A stretch of DNA of 64,000 bases from Octopus vulgaris (Eukaryota). The notes under the pieces are model-generated. The model worked only from the letters and a program-made list of their open reading frames with translations. It ran no database searches and was not told the origin of the DNA. Positions within the stretch are counted from its first letter, which is position 1. Every line of letters starts with the position of its first letter. The stretch spans positions 130,572,001 to 130,636,000 of the forward strand of contig OX597818.1 in the NCBI GenBank assembly GCA_951406725.2, written 5' to 3'. A program made the position numbers and the translations under genes. Positions 41,048 to 54,144 of this stretch are shown piece after piece.

Positions 41048-41107
41048 GTGATGGTGATGGTGGTGGTGGTGGTGGTGGTGGTGGTGGTGGTGGTGGTGGC
41101 AACTAGC

Positions 41108-41667
41108 ACAATGAGACAGTTGACCACATCATTTCAGGCTGCCAAATCTTTGCGAAGTCTGAATGTGTATACAGACATGACAAAGGAAGTAGTGATATTC
41201 ACTGGACAATTGGACAATATGCCAACATTGCAACATCAAAACTGACAACAGGTGATATAAGCATGAACCAAGCAAGGTACAGGACAACGATTAAGCCACA
41301 ATCATCTGGGATATGCTGGTTCAGACCAACAAAGAAATAAAATCTAATCACCCAAACATAATAGTCAAGGAGTGGGGAAAAAAAACATCTGATTACTGAT
41401 AGACATTGCATTCCTTTCTGATCAAAATATTGTCAAAAAAGAAGTGGAGAAATTGTCAAAGTGCAAAGACATCAAAATTAAAGTATTCAAAATGTGGGAC
41501 ATGAAGGTGAAAACAATACCAATAATAATATGGAGCATTGGATAAGATAAAAAAACCATATGAACAAAAATGTAGAAGCTATACCTGGGTTCTCAACACT
41601 ACACACTGTACAAAAAATAGCCCTGCTAGGAATAGCCCATATCCTACATAAGACACTATCAATCTGA
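41108..41667 (+). mobile_element. Older decayed R4/Dong-like LINE 3' fragment
   Basis: ETVDHIISGC...YRHDK...IIWD...VEKLSK...QKIALLGIAHILHKTLSI* with frameshifts. Confidence 0.8.
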
Positions 41668-42866
41668 CCGATAAGTATACAGACTATAGGCATAGTAATG
41701 CAACTAAAGCATGCAGAGTAAAGCCACTTGGCACAGATTGACCCTGAACTATCCTGTGCATGCACACTAAGTTTTATCATTCCAGCTCACTTCTGCTGTT
41801 TACAGCAGTGCTTGGAAGTAACATGTGTATCATGTGATTGTCACATTGAACACGACAGAGAAAGCTTAGCAGACAATCTGTATCAAATTTTGCCAAAAGC
41901 TTGGCAATACCTGCTCTGAAGCCTACTCAAAGTTTTCAAAAAGTTTTCATCATTTTCGATACAATGAAAGACATCTTGTATAACTGAAACCCAAGTGTCT
42001 TTTTGGTCAGCTGAAAGTAGTTTTGACACAAACTTGGCAGGCATGCATCTCACCTAAATCTTGAGTGATAATGGACTGAACTGAACTGTAACTAATATGC
42101 ACATTCTCTGATAACTCATGGATGGTGATTTGATAATTTCTCCTCACAGCTGCACACACATCTGTGATGTTTTTCTCTGTTCCGCTGGTTGCAGGTCTCT
42201 CAGAATGTTCATCACTATTGACATTTTTTCGACCATCTTTGAAATGTCTAAACCACTTGTACACTTGTGTGTGGCTCATAGGTGATTTGATAATTTCTCC
42301 TCACAGCTGCACACACATCTGTGATGTTTTTCTCTGTTCCGCTGGTTGCAGGTCTCTCAGAATGTTCATCACTATTGACATTTTTTCGACCATCTTTCAA
42401 ATGTCTAAACCACTTGTACACTTGTGTGTGGCTCATAGGTGATTTGATAATTTCTCCTCACAGCAGCACACACATCTGTGATGTTTTTCTCTGTTCCGCT
42501 GGTTGCAGGTCTCTCAGAATGTTCATCACTATTGACATTTTTTCGACCATCTTTGAAATGTCTAAACCACTTGTACACTTGTGTGTGGCTCATACACTTC
42601 TCTCCATACACTTTCTGCAATTTTGCATGGGCCTCTGGGCAGGTATCACCATGACAGCTTTCTTTGTTATGGTCAATACGATGATAACATGCCACACATA
42701 TTATTTCCAAGCACTGCTGTAAACAGCGGAAGTGAGCTAGAATGTTGAAACTTAGTGCACCTGCACAGCAGAGTTCAATGTCAATTTATGCCAAGCAGCT
42801 TCACTCTGTGTGCTTTAGCTTTGTTACCATGGCAATGTCCGGATACTTATTGATCAGACCTCATAC
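41662..42866. mobile_element. Mariner remnant made of two convergent 5' ends, with a 3 x 157 bp internal repeat
   Basis: Plus: ICIKFCQKLG; minus: KVYGEKCMSHTQVYKWFRHFKDGRKNVNSDEHSERP; TIR-like gtctgatcaataagtatccggac; units start 42124, 42281, 42438. Confidence 0.85.
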
Positions 42867-43338
42867 AAGACACACTCTATACAGCATCTACCCAATGAAA
42901 TAAACTACCACCAGCAAGCTAGAAAACCAACACATTACACACTCAACACACAATACAAGCAGTAACACAACAAAAGACAGCACCACACCTCAAAGAAAAA
43001 GAACTAACTCAATATATATCATCATCATCATCATCATCATTTAGCGTCCGCTGTCCATGCTAGCATGGGTTGGACGGTTCAACTGGGGTCTGGGAAGCCA
43101 GAAGGCTGCATCAGGCCCAGTCTGATCTGGCAGTGTTTCTACGGCTGGATGCCCTTCCTAACGCCAACCACTCCGCGAGTGTAGTGGGTGCTTTTTACGT
43201 GCCACCCGCACAGGTGCCAGACGGTGCTGGCAAACGGCCATGAACGGATGGTGCCTATACGTGCCACCGGCACGGGGGGCCAGGCGAGGCTGGCAACGGA
43301 CACGAACGGATGGTGCTTTTATATATATATGGATGGTG

Positions 43339-43375
<37 letters not shown>

Positions 43376-43746
43376 GTATGTGTATATATATATATATATA
43401 TTATGGTGTGTACCTCTTTGGGTTTGGGTTTGTTTCATCGCTTGACAGTCAGTGTTGGTTTGTTTATATCCCCGTAACTTAGCAGTTGGACAAAAAGGAG
43501 AATTATAGGAAAAGCACAAGTCTTGTGTAATAAATATAAATAAAAAAATATGACAATGATTTTATTGACCAAATTTTTCATATTCCAATGACTGGAACAA
43601 CTGAAAGAATAGCAGAATAATGTGAGCCAGTACTATGATTATGTACCAATAAGTTGTTGACAATAACTATATTCGTTAAGAGTGTTGTAGTTTGCTTGAA
43701 GCATTGTAGTACAGAAGTAGAAAAAAAAAAGAAACTAATAAGAACT

Positions 43747-43962
43747 TCTAACAATGCAGAAAGTTTTACAAGAACCTTTACATTTCAGTACAAAGGCCTA
43801 TCTTCTGAAGGAAGCAGTCCAAGAAATGTCTTGTTACATTGGTTTCATTATTTTATAATATGAAATTCATGTAACTAGACATTTCTTGGATTGCTTCCTT
43901 CTGAGGATGGACCTTTGCTCCTGAAACACAAAGGTTTTTGTAAAACTTTCTGCTGTGTTAGA
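43747..43962. repeat. ~215 bp fold-back with a hammerhead-like core in each arm
   Basis: gcagaaagttttacaa...gttacat / atgtaac...ttgtaaaactttctgc. Confidence 0.85.
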
Positions 43963-44502
43963 TGCTTTCTTTATTTTCTTTTTCCTTTTTTTACTACTAG
44001 TGGTGCCCCAGCGTGGCCACAGCCTTAGGGCTGAAACATATACAAAGAATATCTGAATAATCTCTCTCTGCAGAATTTGAACTTCAAGGTGTGTATATGT
44101 ACATAAACAGTGATTAATCCACTTTTACAAATGGTTTTCATCTCTCAGTGCTTCCTTGTCATTAATGGCATTTCTGACTTTCCGTCCACAACCTCTCCGA
44201 TGATTGTTCAGTTCCACTGCAGACCTGTATGGTTTGAAGCAAAGGTGGCAGATGGAAGTTGTAACTTCCACTGGATTAATTAATCAGTTTGTGGGGTATG
44301 ATTTTTGTGTACTGTCATATGTCTTTTGAAACCTGGAATCAACTTACAAGCTTTTGTCTGGTCTAGGAGGAAGGTTATTGCACACAGTTAGTCTTTCTTT
44401 GGAGCAAAATAATTGATTTGATGTTTGTATTTCACGTGTGTGTGTGTGTGTGTGCGCGCTTGTGCATGCACATGCATGCATACGTGTATATATGCTGAGC
44501 TG

Positions 44503-44836
44503 AGACCCGCTTCAGTCATAAATGACCATGGGATTGCACCTAGAAAGTTACCCTCCGAGGCACAAGTCCGGGCAAGGTTGTTTATGGAAGACCAACAGTC
44601 GCCCATGCATACCAGCCTCCCCTATCCACGCTACCGATGTTATCCAAGGGTAAAGACAAAGGCTGATACAGCTTGGCACCTGTGAAGTCGTGACTCATTT
44701 CTACAGCTGAGTGAATTGGAGTAACGTGAAATAAAGTGTCTTGCTGAAGAACACAACATGTTGCCTGGTCCGAGATTCAAACTCACAACCTCACGAATGT
44801 AAGCTCGATGCTCTAACCACTGAGCCATGTGCCTTC
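44503..44836 (-). mobile_element. SINE family C, full length
   Basis: Matches the copies at 1410, 4943, 46779. Confidence 0.9.
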
Positions 44837-44978
44837 ACATAGATATACATGTATAGATATTTAGAAATATATAATCACCTATAGCACCACTTAACCTTAT
44901 ACACACATCCATCAACTAACTCTTTACTGACTTCATTTATCTAGTTTGTATGTGTGTGTCCATATTCTTGTCAATATT

Positions 44979-45564
44979 CTTTTCTGCTCTAGGCACAAAG
45001 CCTGAAATTTTTGGAGAGGGGCCAGTTGATTAGATTGGCTTCAATACACAACTGGTATTTAATTTATTGACCCCCAAAAGTATGAAAGGCAAAGTCAACC
45101 TTGAAAGAATTTGGACCCAGAACATAACAGCAGATGAAATACCTATTTCTTTACTATCCACAAGGAGCTAAACATAGAGAGAAGACAAACAAGGGCAGAC
45201 AAAAGGATTAAGTCGATTATATCGACCCTAGTGCGTAAGTGGTACTTATTTAATCGACCCCAAAAGGATGAAAGGCAAAGTTGACCTCGGCGGAATTTGA
45301 ACTCAGAACGTAGCAGCAGACGAAATACCTATTTCTTTACTACCCACAAGGAGCTAAACATAGAGAGAAGACAAACAAGGACAGACAAATGGATTAAGTC
45401 GATTATATCGACACCAGTGCGTAGCTGGTACTTATGTAATTGACCCCGAAAGGATGAAAGGCAAAGTTGACCCCGGTGGAATTTGAACTCAGAACGTAGC
45501 GGCGGACGAAATACCGCTAAGCTTTTCACCTGGCAGGCTAACAATTCTGCCTGCTTGCAGCCCT
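44979..45564 (-). mobile_element. SINE B trimer with 18-bp TSD
   Basis: TSD catattcttgtcaatatt at 44961-44978 and 45565-45582. Confidence 0.9.
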
Positions 45565-45754
45565 CATATTCTTGTCAATATTAATTAATTACACCAACAC
45601 CCACATCTTTCAGACCCTGGTGGAGGGTGGGGGGAGCAGAGGAAAGTGGTAATAAGCTTAGTGCTGTCCCATGGCTGTCACCTAACTATTATTAACAGTT
45701 AAATAATTATATAGCCTGACCACATCTGAAAGCTAGAATTATCTGCAACTGCCA

Positions 45755-46470
45755 GGTAGTGGTGATGGTGGTGGCAATGGGTGGTATTAATGGTGGTGAT
45801 GGGTGGTGGTGGTGGTGGTGATGTGGTCATAGCAGTGTTGGCAATGGTGTTGGTAGTTGTGGTGATGATGATGATGGCAGTTGAGGTGGTTGTGATGGTT
45901 TTAAGGGTGGTGTGATGACGATGATAATGATGGTGGTAGTGGTGATGATTGTGGCTGTGGAGGTAGTGGTTGTGGTGATGATTATGGTATGTTAGGGGTG
46001 GTGACGGTGATGAAGACAGTATAGAGCTGTTATTGTTGTTGTTAGTGGTGGTGGTTGTGATTGTGGTGGTGGAAGTGGAGGTAGTGGTGATGGTGGTGGC
46101 AATGGATGGTATTAATGGTGGTGATGGGTGGTGGTGGTGGTGGTGGTGATGTGGTCATAGCAGTGGTGGCAATGGTGTTGGTAGTTGTGGTGATGATGAT
46201 GGCAGTTGAGGTGGTTGTGATGGTTTTGAGGGTGGTGTGATGACGATGATAATGATGGTGGTAGTGGTGATGATTGTGGCTGTGGAGGTAGTGGTTGTGG
46301 TGATGATTGTGGCTGTGGAGGTAGTGGTTGTGGTGATGATTATGGTATGTTGGGGGTGGTGACGGTGATGAAGACAGTATAGAGCTGTTATTGTTGTTGT
46401 TAGTGGTGGTGGTTGTGACTGTGGCGGTGGAAGTGGAGGTAGTGGTGTTGGTGGTGGGGCTGGTGACATG
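45755..46470. repeat. Degenerate (GGT/GAT)n tract duplicated with ~325 bp period
   Basis: gaagacagtatagagctgttattg occurs at about 46012 and 46370. Confidence 0.9.
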
Positions 46471-46626
46471 GGATAGTTGTAAGGTGACTTTTGCTTTTTT
46501 TATTTCATTCAGTTCAGGTCAAATAAAATTAAAAATGAACAATAGGTTGTCTTATGTTCAGTTTAACAAAATTGAGTTGCTAGTGAGAGATGATATATAG
46601 GGGCTTGCTCCCTACATACCACCACC

Positions 46627-46663
<37 letters not shown>

Positions 46664-46778
46664 TACAATATTTACCCTAATATATTCAATGACTGAAATT
46701 ATTTTTATTTAAAGGCATTTGTGTCTTCCAGTTTTAACATAATAATTAAGGAAACAGGTAGTAAAATAGTGGGGAGTA

Positions 46779-47128
46779 AAGACACCTTTGGTCCCAAATG
46801 ACTATGGCATTGCTCCTAGAAAGTTCCCCTTCCAAGGAACAAGTCTGGGCCAGGTTGCTTATAGAGGACCAGCAGTCGCTCATGCATTCCAGCCTCCCTT
46901 CTTCATGCCACTGATGCTATCCACAGAAAGACAAAGGCCGATACAGCTTGGCACCAGTGATGTCACAACTCATTTTTGTAGCTGAGTGAACTGGAACAAT
47001 AAGGTGTCTTACCAATAAGGTGAAATAAAGTGTCTTGCTCAAGAACACAACATACAGCCCAATCTGGGAATCGAACTCACAATCTCATGAGTGTGAGCTT
47101 GACGCCCTAACCACTGAGCCATATGCCT
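46779..47128 (-). mobile_element. SINE family C
   Basis: Family match. Confidence 0.85.
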
Positions 47129-47578
47129 TACAGAGTTTGTAAATATGGATGCATACAGCTTATAACTTTTACTTGTTTCAGTTATCAGATTGTGGCCATA
47201 CTAGAGCACTGCCTTGGAGAACTTTTTAATCGAATGAATCAACCCCGGTACTAGTATTATTTTGAAGCCTGGTTCTTATTCTAGTGATCACGTTTTGCTG
47301 AACAGCTAAGTTATGGAGGATGTAAACACACCAACAGCGATTGGCAAGTGGTGGTGTGGAACAAACACAGACACAAAGATACACACACATACACACTTCA
47401 AAACTTCCATGCTTCCTGAAATTCGGCAACAGCATCCCACCCCACGCACAACCATTTCTTCTTTCTTTTTAAGACTTTTTCCCTGTACCCTTCCTGTGCA
47501 TATTCTACGTGCTGTTCATGCAGCTTGATTACTTTTTCTGATGATCTGTAGCGCACCTGAGCACTATATACAATAAGT

Positions 47579-47621
<43 letters not shown>

Positions 47622-47678
47622 ATTATTGTTGTTGTTATTATTGTTGTTATTATTATTATTATTATTATTATCATTATT

Positions 47679-48003
47679 CAGTAGTATATTTTTTATATCG
47701 TGCTTTCACTTCACTACCGAGCGCAGCTCTGTGTGCCTTGGGTATGTGCTGTGATTTGTTGTGATGCTCTTATGGTTATTGTATGGAAAGTGTTCTGCGT
47801 AGGATGTGTGCAGTGCCCAGTAGTGCAATTTTCTGTATGTTATATGTGTTTGTAAGTCCTGGTATTTTTGTTATGTATTTGTCTGAATATTTTTTTATCA
47901 TGCCTAATGCACCTATTATGATAGGAATTGTTTCTGTTTTTAGATTCCACATTCTGGTTACCTCTATTTCCAGGTCTTTGAATTTTGAAAGTTTGTCCAT
48001 TTC

Positions 48004-48008
<5 letters not shown>
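47679..48008 (-). mobile_element. R4/Dong-like LINE 3' end in (TAA)n
   Basis: KEMDKLSKFKDLEIEVTRMWNLKTETIPIIIGALG...RRTLSIQ*. Confidence 0.88.
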
Positions 48009-48039
<31 letters not shown>

Positions 48040-48240
48040 GGCAGAATCGTTAGCACACTGGGCAAAATGCTTAGCAACATTTCGTCCATCTTTACATTCT
48101 GAGTTCAAATTCAACTGAGGTTGACTTTGCTTTACATCATTTTGGGGTCGATAAATTAAGTACCAGTGAAACACTGGGGTCAATGTAATTGACTAGTCCC
48201 CTGCCCCCAAATTCCAGTCCTTGCACCTATAGTTGAAAGG

Positions 48241-48293
<53 letters not shown>

Positions 48294-48487
48294 CATTATT
48301 ATTATTATTATTATTATTAATAGTATTATTATTATTATCATTATTATTATTATTATTATTAAGGCAGAGAACTGGCAAAATTGTAATATGCCAGGCAAAA
48401 TGCTTAGCAGCATTTTGAATGACCTTAGATTCTGAGTAATAATTTCACCGAGGTCAACTGCCTTCCATCCTTTTGGGGTCAATACAA

Positions 48488-48725
48488 TGTAGACCCTGAT
48501 CTCTTTGGCTTTTGGAGTGTTCCCCATTTTGAAGGAGAATCTCAAGGGTAGTTGTTTTGAAGAAATTGAAAAGACTGAGGTTGAGGCAAAAGTCCTGGAC
48601 ACCTTCATTTTGGAGGACTTCCATGGGACCTTCATGAAGAGGGCTGAACACTACAACAAATGCATTGAAGTCAGAGGATTTGGCTTTGAAAAAAATTAGA
48701 CTTTTGTATTCTTTTGAAATTAACA
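48488..48725 (+). pseudogene. Mariner transposase C-terminal remnant
   Basis: FPILKENLKGSCFE...DFHGTFMKRAEHYNKCIEVRGFGFE. Confidence 0.75.
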
Positions 48726-48732
48726 AATTTTG

Positions 48733-49130
48733 GAGTAGGAGTGGCTGTGTGGTAAGTAGCTTGCTTACGAACCACATGGTTCCAGGTTCAGTCCCACTGT
48801 GTGGCACCTTGGCCAAGTGTTTTCTACTATAGCCTCAGGCTGGCCAAAGCCTTGTGAGTGGATCTGGTAGATGGAAACTGAAAGAAGCCCGTCGTATATA
48901 TGTATATATATGTGTGTGTGCTTGTGTGTCAGTGTTTGTCCCCCCCCCCAACATCCCAACATCGCTTGACAACCGATGCTGGTGTGTATACGTCCATGTA
49001 ACTTAGCAGTTCGGCAAAAGAGACTGATAGAATAGGCTTACAACGAATAAGTCCTGGGGTCAATTTGCTCGACTAAAGGCAGTGCTCCAGCATGACCACA
49101 GTCAAATGACTGAAATAAGTAAAAGAGTAA
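48733..49130 (+). mobile_element. SINE family A
   Basis: Family match. Confidence 0.92.
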
Positions 49131-49206
49131 ATGGATCTCCTGAATAAGTCCGAAAACTTCTGGAATGCATATTGTACATGTATGTCCAGGCTATAAAACA
49201 TCATAC

Positions 49207-49710
49207 AAAATGTTTACCTTGCGTGATGACTTCTACCCAACATGACAATATATAGCCACCTGCTATGTAATTCATAGGCAGAACCAGCATGACACCTTTT
49301 GAATTACAGGTAAAAATTCACTTGACAGTTTCTGTACTGTTCCCATCTGCCCAATTTCACTCCCAAAGTATAAGTTAATACCCAAAGCTATAGAAAACGA
49401 CTTTTGCCTCAGATATTATTACTCACTGGGATTGAACCCAGGACCCTGTGGTTGTAAAGTGAATGATTTAACCCTCTGGTCATATAATCCATATAATACA
49501 AAATGTTTACCCTGCATGATGACTTCTAACCCAATGTAAACAGTTTAGACACCTGCTATGTAATTTGAATTACAGGTAAAATCCACTTGAGAGATTCTGT
49601 ACAGTTTCCATCTGCCCAATTTCACTCGGATGCCACTCACTGAGATCGAACCAATGATCCTGTGATTGTGAAGTGAATGATTTAACTTTCTGGTCATATA
49701 ATCCACATAG
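49207..49710 (-). repeat. Tandem duplication of an old SINE-like fragment
   Basis: aaatgtttacc.tgc.tgatgacttcta and ctggtcatataatcca each occur twice. Confidence 0.75.
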
Positions 49711-51116
49711 AATAGAGTTAAATACAAAAATAAAAATAATAATAAATAAATAAAAATAATAATAAATAAATAAATAAATAAAAAAGCTGAAAATTCAATT
49801 TTATTTTAGCACCTTTCAGATTAAGTTTAGAACCTGAATGAAACACCACAAATTGAAACTAAAACTAATATGGATAATTAACAAAATTTAACAAAAGCCA
49901 ATTAACAATGTCATCATTAGATACTAATTAGGTCTAAACTGACAACATTACCTTAACCTTGTTTTCTTATTCTCATGTTATGCTTTGTATTTTCTGCCTA
50001 AATCTACATGTAGAGCCAGTGGATGACTATACGACCTGCTAGAAATAACTGCCTAATATCATATACAAGAATTTTATTTTATAAAAGAGGCATGTTGTTC
50101 TAGACATTCTATGTCTGACAAACAAACGATATGGTAGGCATAATTGCAATGTCTATGATCACAGATTTACTCATCTAAAGCCATCATGGGTTTAAATCAG
50201 TAGTTCTCAACCAGGGTCTGTATGACCACTGGGGGTCCATATAAAATTTTGTTTCTTAAAATTTATGTGCTGTAATCTGGTTATACTTTTACAATGTACA
50301 AAATATCCAATCGATTATTTTTTTTGTGGTAAGTAGCTTGCTAACCAGCCACATGGTTCTGGGTTCAGTCCCACTGGGTGGCATCTTGGGCAAGTGTCTT
50401 CTGCTATAGCCCCGGGACGACCAATGCCTTCTTTTTGTTGAATTAGGCATTATCAGAGAGGGAAGACTGGTATGGAGAGAAGGGGCTGCTGGTCTTCCTT
50501 AAAACAACCTTGCCAGGACTTGTGCCTGGGCTGGGAACTTTCTAGATGCAATCCCACGATCATTCATGACAGAAGAGGGTCTTTACCATTGTCATCTGAA
50601 CAAGAATTGCAGTTAAGTGTAGTCCTAGATACATTCATTTATTTTACTATTATGGTTTTAGCTAGGTTTAGATGGAGGAGATATTTGAGGCAGGATTTTT
50701 ATGGTCAGATGCCCCTTCTGTTGCCAATCCATACCTGTTTTCTTAGTAAGGGATTTATTTGCTGTTCCTGAAGAATTTAAAAGCACAAGATTTGAGTGAT
50801 TTGTTGACAGAAAATGTTAACAAACACAACTAGTTGCAGTATACAACAAATGGTGAGAAACATCAATTGTTGTAGTCAGGCTCACAATCATGAGGTAGTG
50901 GGTTCGATTCTTTGACAGGGTTGTGCATTGTGTTCTTCAGCAAGACACTTTATTTCACATTGCTCCAGTTCACTCAGTTGTAGAAATGAGTTGCAACGTC
51001 ACTTGTGCCAAGCTGTATCAGCCTTTGCTTTTCCCTTGGATAATACTGGTGGCATGAAGAGAGGAGTCTGGTATGCATGGGTGACTGCTGGTCACCCAGA
51101 CACACACATACACACA

Positions 51117-51635
51117 AAAGAAGTTGCTCAAAGAATAAATATAGCTAAAGTAAAAATTTTTATATGAATGAAATGATCTTTACCGCATGAGACAGAAAAC
51201 TGTGCCTGAAATTGAAGTTAGTAAACTGTGAAATTATGCCAAAAGTCCTCAATGAGGTAGAAACTCGGACAATGTACACAGCTATGGAGAAAAAGAGACA
51301 AGCCTATGAGATGTGGATCTTTTGTAGATTGAGCTGGATGAGCTGGAATGACAGGGTAAAAAATGCTGCCATACAAGAAAAGCTGTAAGACCAAATACGT
51401 CTATTGACATGAATCAAGTCCAGAAAACTATATTATTTTGCATATACAGAACACCATGAGTCATTGTTTGGGATCATCCTGACAGGATGTGTTGAGAGGA
51501 AGAGAGCAAGAGGTCATCAAAGATGTTTGTGGATTGATGCCATCAAAGAAAGAACTTGAAGCAACAGCCTGGTTGGTTGTATTCATGCAGTACGACACAG
51601 CAGGAACTGTGTAGCCTTGACAAGCTAAGTCCAAG

Positions 51636-51636
<1 letters not shown>
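51117..51636 (+). mobile_element. Decayed RTE-clade LINE C-terminus
   Basis: RINIAK...AYEMWIFCRL.WMSWNDRVKN...IKSRKLYYF...IILTGCVERKRARGHQRCLWIDAIKE, with stops. Confidence 0.82.
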
Positions 51637-51667
<31 letters not shown>

Positions 51668-52247
51668 ACACACACACACACACACCTATGTATGTATGTG
51701 GGTGAGCATATATATCATCATCATCATTTAATATTTCTTTTCCCTGCTGGCATGGGTTGGACAGTTTGACCAAAACTGGAAGCCTGGGTTTGCACCAGGT
51801 TCCATAGTTTGTTTTGGTTTGGTTTCCACTGGCTGGATGCTCTTCCTAACGTCAACCACTCCACAGAGTGTACTGGGTGTTTTTTGTGGCACCCATCACC
51901 AGTGCTTTTTAAGTGACACCAGCACTGGTGATTTTTAAGAGGCACCAGCATCCACACCAATACCTTGTACGTGGAACCTTGATTTTAGGACATCAATTCT
52001 ATCCTATTATGTCAGAAAAAAAGTCAGAAAGGCCATAAGTGAGATATTTTTGATGACAGACCTGCTGGACAGGATCTAACTTAGGACAAAAGAACAACAA
52101 TAACAACAACAATAACAACAACAAGTGCACTTTCAGTGACCATTTTAAAAAATACATTACATCCACCATTCACTTACAAGTAAATTATTATTAATAACAA
52201 GCAAAAAAAAAATGCAGTTAAGAAACCAAATTGATAAATGAAACATA

Positions 52248-52944
52248 AGGCGCAGGAGTGGCTGTGTGGTAAGTAGCTTGCTTACCAACCACATGGTTCT
52301 GGGTTCATTCCCACTGCGTGACACTTTGGGAAAGTGCCTTCTACTATAGCCTCGGGCCGACCAAAGCCTTGTGAGTGGATTTGGTGAACGGAAACTGAAA
52401 GAAGCCCATCGTATATATGTATATAGGCGCAGGAGTGGCTGTGTGGTAAGTAGCTTGCTTACCAACCACATGGTTCTGGGTTCATTCCCACTGCGTGGCA
52501 CCTTGGGAAAGTGTCTTCTACTATAGCCTCGGGCCGACCAAAGCCTTGTGAGTGGATTTGGTTAACGGAAACTGAAAGAAGCCCATCGTATATATGTATA
52601 TAGGCGCAGGAGTGGCTGTGTGGTAAGTAGCTTGCTTACCAACCACATGGTTCTGGGTTCAGTCCCACTGCGTGACACTTTGGGAAAGTGCCTTCTACTA
52701 TAGCCTCGGGCCGACCAAAGCCTTGTGAGTGGATTTGGTGAACGGAAACTGAAAGAAGCCCATCGTATATATGTATATAGGCGCAGGAGTGGCTGTGTGG
52801 TAAGTAGCTTGCTTACCAACCACATGGTTCTGGGTTCATTCCCACTGCGTGACACTTTGGGAAAGTGCCTTCTACTATAGCCTCGGGCCGACCAAAGCCT
52901 TGTGAGTGGATTTAGTAAACAGAAACTGAAAGAAGCGCATCGCA

Positions 52945-52987
<43 letters not shown>

Positions 52988-53215
52988 ATATATTTGTGTG
53001 TCTGTGTTTGTCCCCCCAGCATCGCTTGACAACCGATGCTGGTATGTTTACGTCTCCGTAACTTAGCGGTTTGGCAAAAGGAGAGACCGATAGAATAAGT
53101 ACTAGGCTTACAAAGAATAAGTCCTGGGGTCGATTTGCTTGACTAAGGGTGATGTTCCAGCATGGCTGCAGTCAAATGACTGAAACAAGTATAAGAGTAA
53201 AGAGTATAAGAGTAT
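52248..53215 (+). mobile_element. SINE A with four tandem 177-bp heads and one tail
   Basis: aggcgcaggag at 52248, 52425, 52602, 52779. Confidence 0.95.
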
Positions 53216-53229
53216 AATAATAACAAAAA

Positions 53230-53760
53230 CAAATAGAATATATTCGGTTGTTTCACATGAAATGTCGTATTTGAAAGGTAACAATAAAATGTTTCAGAAG
53301 TGTTAGGGAACCGATTTGTTTAATCAAAGTATGATCCATGTTCATTCATGACGTTTACCCAACGTTTTCTATGTCATGTATTTCATCTTTAAAATAAAAT
53401 TCATCTTTTGCTATGATAAACTGTCTGAATGTTTCAATTGCCTCTTCTCTATTTAACCCTTTCGTTACTGAATTTATTTTGAGATGCTCAGTGTTTCTTC
53501 CAATTATGTTAAATATAACAAAGAATTAAGTAAAATAACATCGTTATCATTAAGCTAGAGTTAGGGACATAAATTGTGACTAAGGTTTGGTGGAAGGTTT
53601 TAATTCAGAACTTTTGAAAACCAGACATTTGTACTAAAGAGCCAGAGCCGGTTTCAGCCGGGTTGGTAACGAAAGGGTTAAGAATATTTTATTGCTTATG
53701 AAAAGCTCAAAATGCTTAAATAAGTGATGATCAGTAAGGGAGATATCAGGGGAAAAGCAG
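53230..53760 (-). pseudogene. Mariner transposase C-terminus split by a piggyBac MITE
   Basis: SPDISLTDHHLFKHF...IFL|NREEAIETFRQFI...RWVNVMNEHGSYFD*. Confidence 0.75.
53457..53677. mobile_element. piggyBac-type MITE, family 1
   Basis: TTAA TSDs; TIR ccctttcgttac / gtaacgaaaggg. Confidence 0.9.
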
Positions 53761-53764
53761 AATA

Positions 53765-54050
53765 TGCAAAAAGGAAAATAACACTAACATCTCATTTTAA
53801 CAGATATATTCACCAAAATTACATAACAATATCTTGAAATACTAAAGAGTAAATTTATCTAATAAAATCGCTATTGGCTTCAACCACAGCTTCCAGACGA
53901 CTTCAGAATCTCCTGCAACTCTTCTGGACAGTCTCCTTGTTTAAGTTGGGTGAATACTGCCATAATCCTTGCCTTCAGTTCAAATCAAAAACAAACTATG
54001 TGCATGCACGAAATTAAAAATATAAAATAGCGACAATATGCCCATCACAC

Positions 54051-54054
<4 letters not shown>
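53765..54054 (-). mobile_element. Internally deleted Tc1/mariner-superfamily (maT-like) element
   Basis: ELKARIMAVFT..NKETVQKSCRRF*SRLEAVVEANSDFI; end ta-cagagtgtgatggg. Confidence 0.6.
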
Positions 54055-54144
<90 letters not shown>

